A stretch of DNA of 64,000 nucleotides from Eledone cirrhosa (lineage: Eukaryota), in NCBI GenBank assembly GCA_964016885.1, contig OZ024758.1, forward strand, positions 31,868,001 through 31,932,000, read 5' to 3'. Positions within the stretch are counted from its first letter, which is position 1. Each line of letters opens with the position of its first letter. Made by a program: the position numbers and the translations under genes. Positions 63,201-64,000 of the stretch are shown here, in pieces. Under the pieces are notes generated by a model. It was not told the origin of the DNA, did no database searches, and saw nothing but the letters and a program-made list of their open reading frames with translations.

Positions 63201-64000
63201 GGCGTTGCAAATGGGATACATATGAAAAAGTGAGTCCTTCATCAGTGACCCTCCAACCGTCCTAGGCATTTCATCGCTTTAAGGGCCATATGCCTCAGGT
63301 TGGTGCGAACAACGGCTAAAAAAAGTCGTTGGGACACGTAAACAAAGGGGACGCCAGGGTAACAACAAAAAAGTTTAAGCAACGGAAAGTGAGAGGAAAT
63401 AGACAAGTCCCAGATCTCTATGAATATAAACTCGGTGAAATCTCGAACAAGAGACAAAAGACCATCAAACCTGGTTGAAATTACCCTTTCTAGCAGTCTC
63501 TTTCTCTGTTAGCCTCCTCCTCAACTTCACTCACTCATTCTCTGTCACTACCTCTCCTCCTCCTCTTTCCTCCTCCTCCTTCAAGTTTGACCTGTGTGTA
63601 ATTCTTTTCTCGCGCGGTCTTGACCAAGCTGGTATGGGATCTTTTTCTCTCTCTCTTTCGTCTGCGACTTCACAAAACTTACGTTTACCGAATTCGTAGA
63701 CCAGACCCCTTTATCTTCTTCTTCTTCTTCTTCTTCTTCTTCTTCTTCTTCTTCTTCTTCTTCTTCTTCTTCTTCTTCTCCTTCTTCTTCTTCTTCTTCT
63801 TCTTCTTCTTCTCTCCTTTCTATCTCCCCCCCCCCGTCAAACTTGGGCGAAATTCTTTCCTTGCTCACATTTCAACCAGGTTTGATGGTCTTTTGTCTCT
63901 TGTTCAAGATTTCACCGAGTTTATATTCATAGAGATCTGGGACTTGTCTATTTCCTCTCACTTTCCGTTGCTTAAACTTTTTTGTTGTTACCCTGGCGTC
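63201..64000. mobile_element. Long-TIR (foldback/Mutator-like) non-autonomous element, right end outside the window
   Basis: 63350-63481 is the reverse complement of 63869-64000 (132 bp, one mismatch seen); pyrimidine-rich interior with (TTC)n at 63714-63812. Confidence 0.75.

Noticed and set aside
63581-63868. Poly-Glu ORF
   Set aside because: (TTC)n tract inside a foldback element.

Overview
This is AT-rich, repeat-saturated eukaryotic (animal) DNA. The SINE/LINE repertoire looks octopus/cephalopod-like (inference from recalled repeat motifs, not a database search). No host protein-coding gene is supported. 1-30 kb is a mosaic of tRNA-SINEs, Tc1/mariner, hAT and piggyBac-type MITEs, non-autonomous Helitrons, RTE LINE fragments, a decayed DD41D transposase, a Penelope-like element with hammerhead-ribozyme motifs, and microsatellites. 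30.7-34.6 kb is a decayed full-length RTE retrotransposon. 34.9-60.2 kb is the most striking part: a ~25 kb uninterrupted array of seven non-LTR retrotransposon copies, with every junction between them an (AAT)n microsatellite. Four are Tx1/L1-clade APE elements, all on the minus strand; three are R4/Dong-type RLE elements, all on the plus strand. The Tx1 copies show a swapped 5' module, a conserved splice-donor-like motif overlapping the ORF1 stop, and a 3' end resembling the tail of the local SINE. All coordinates and alignments were read by eye.
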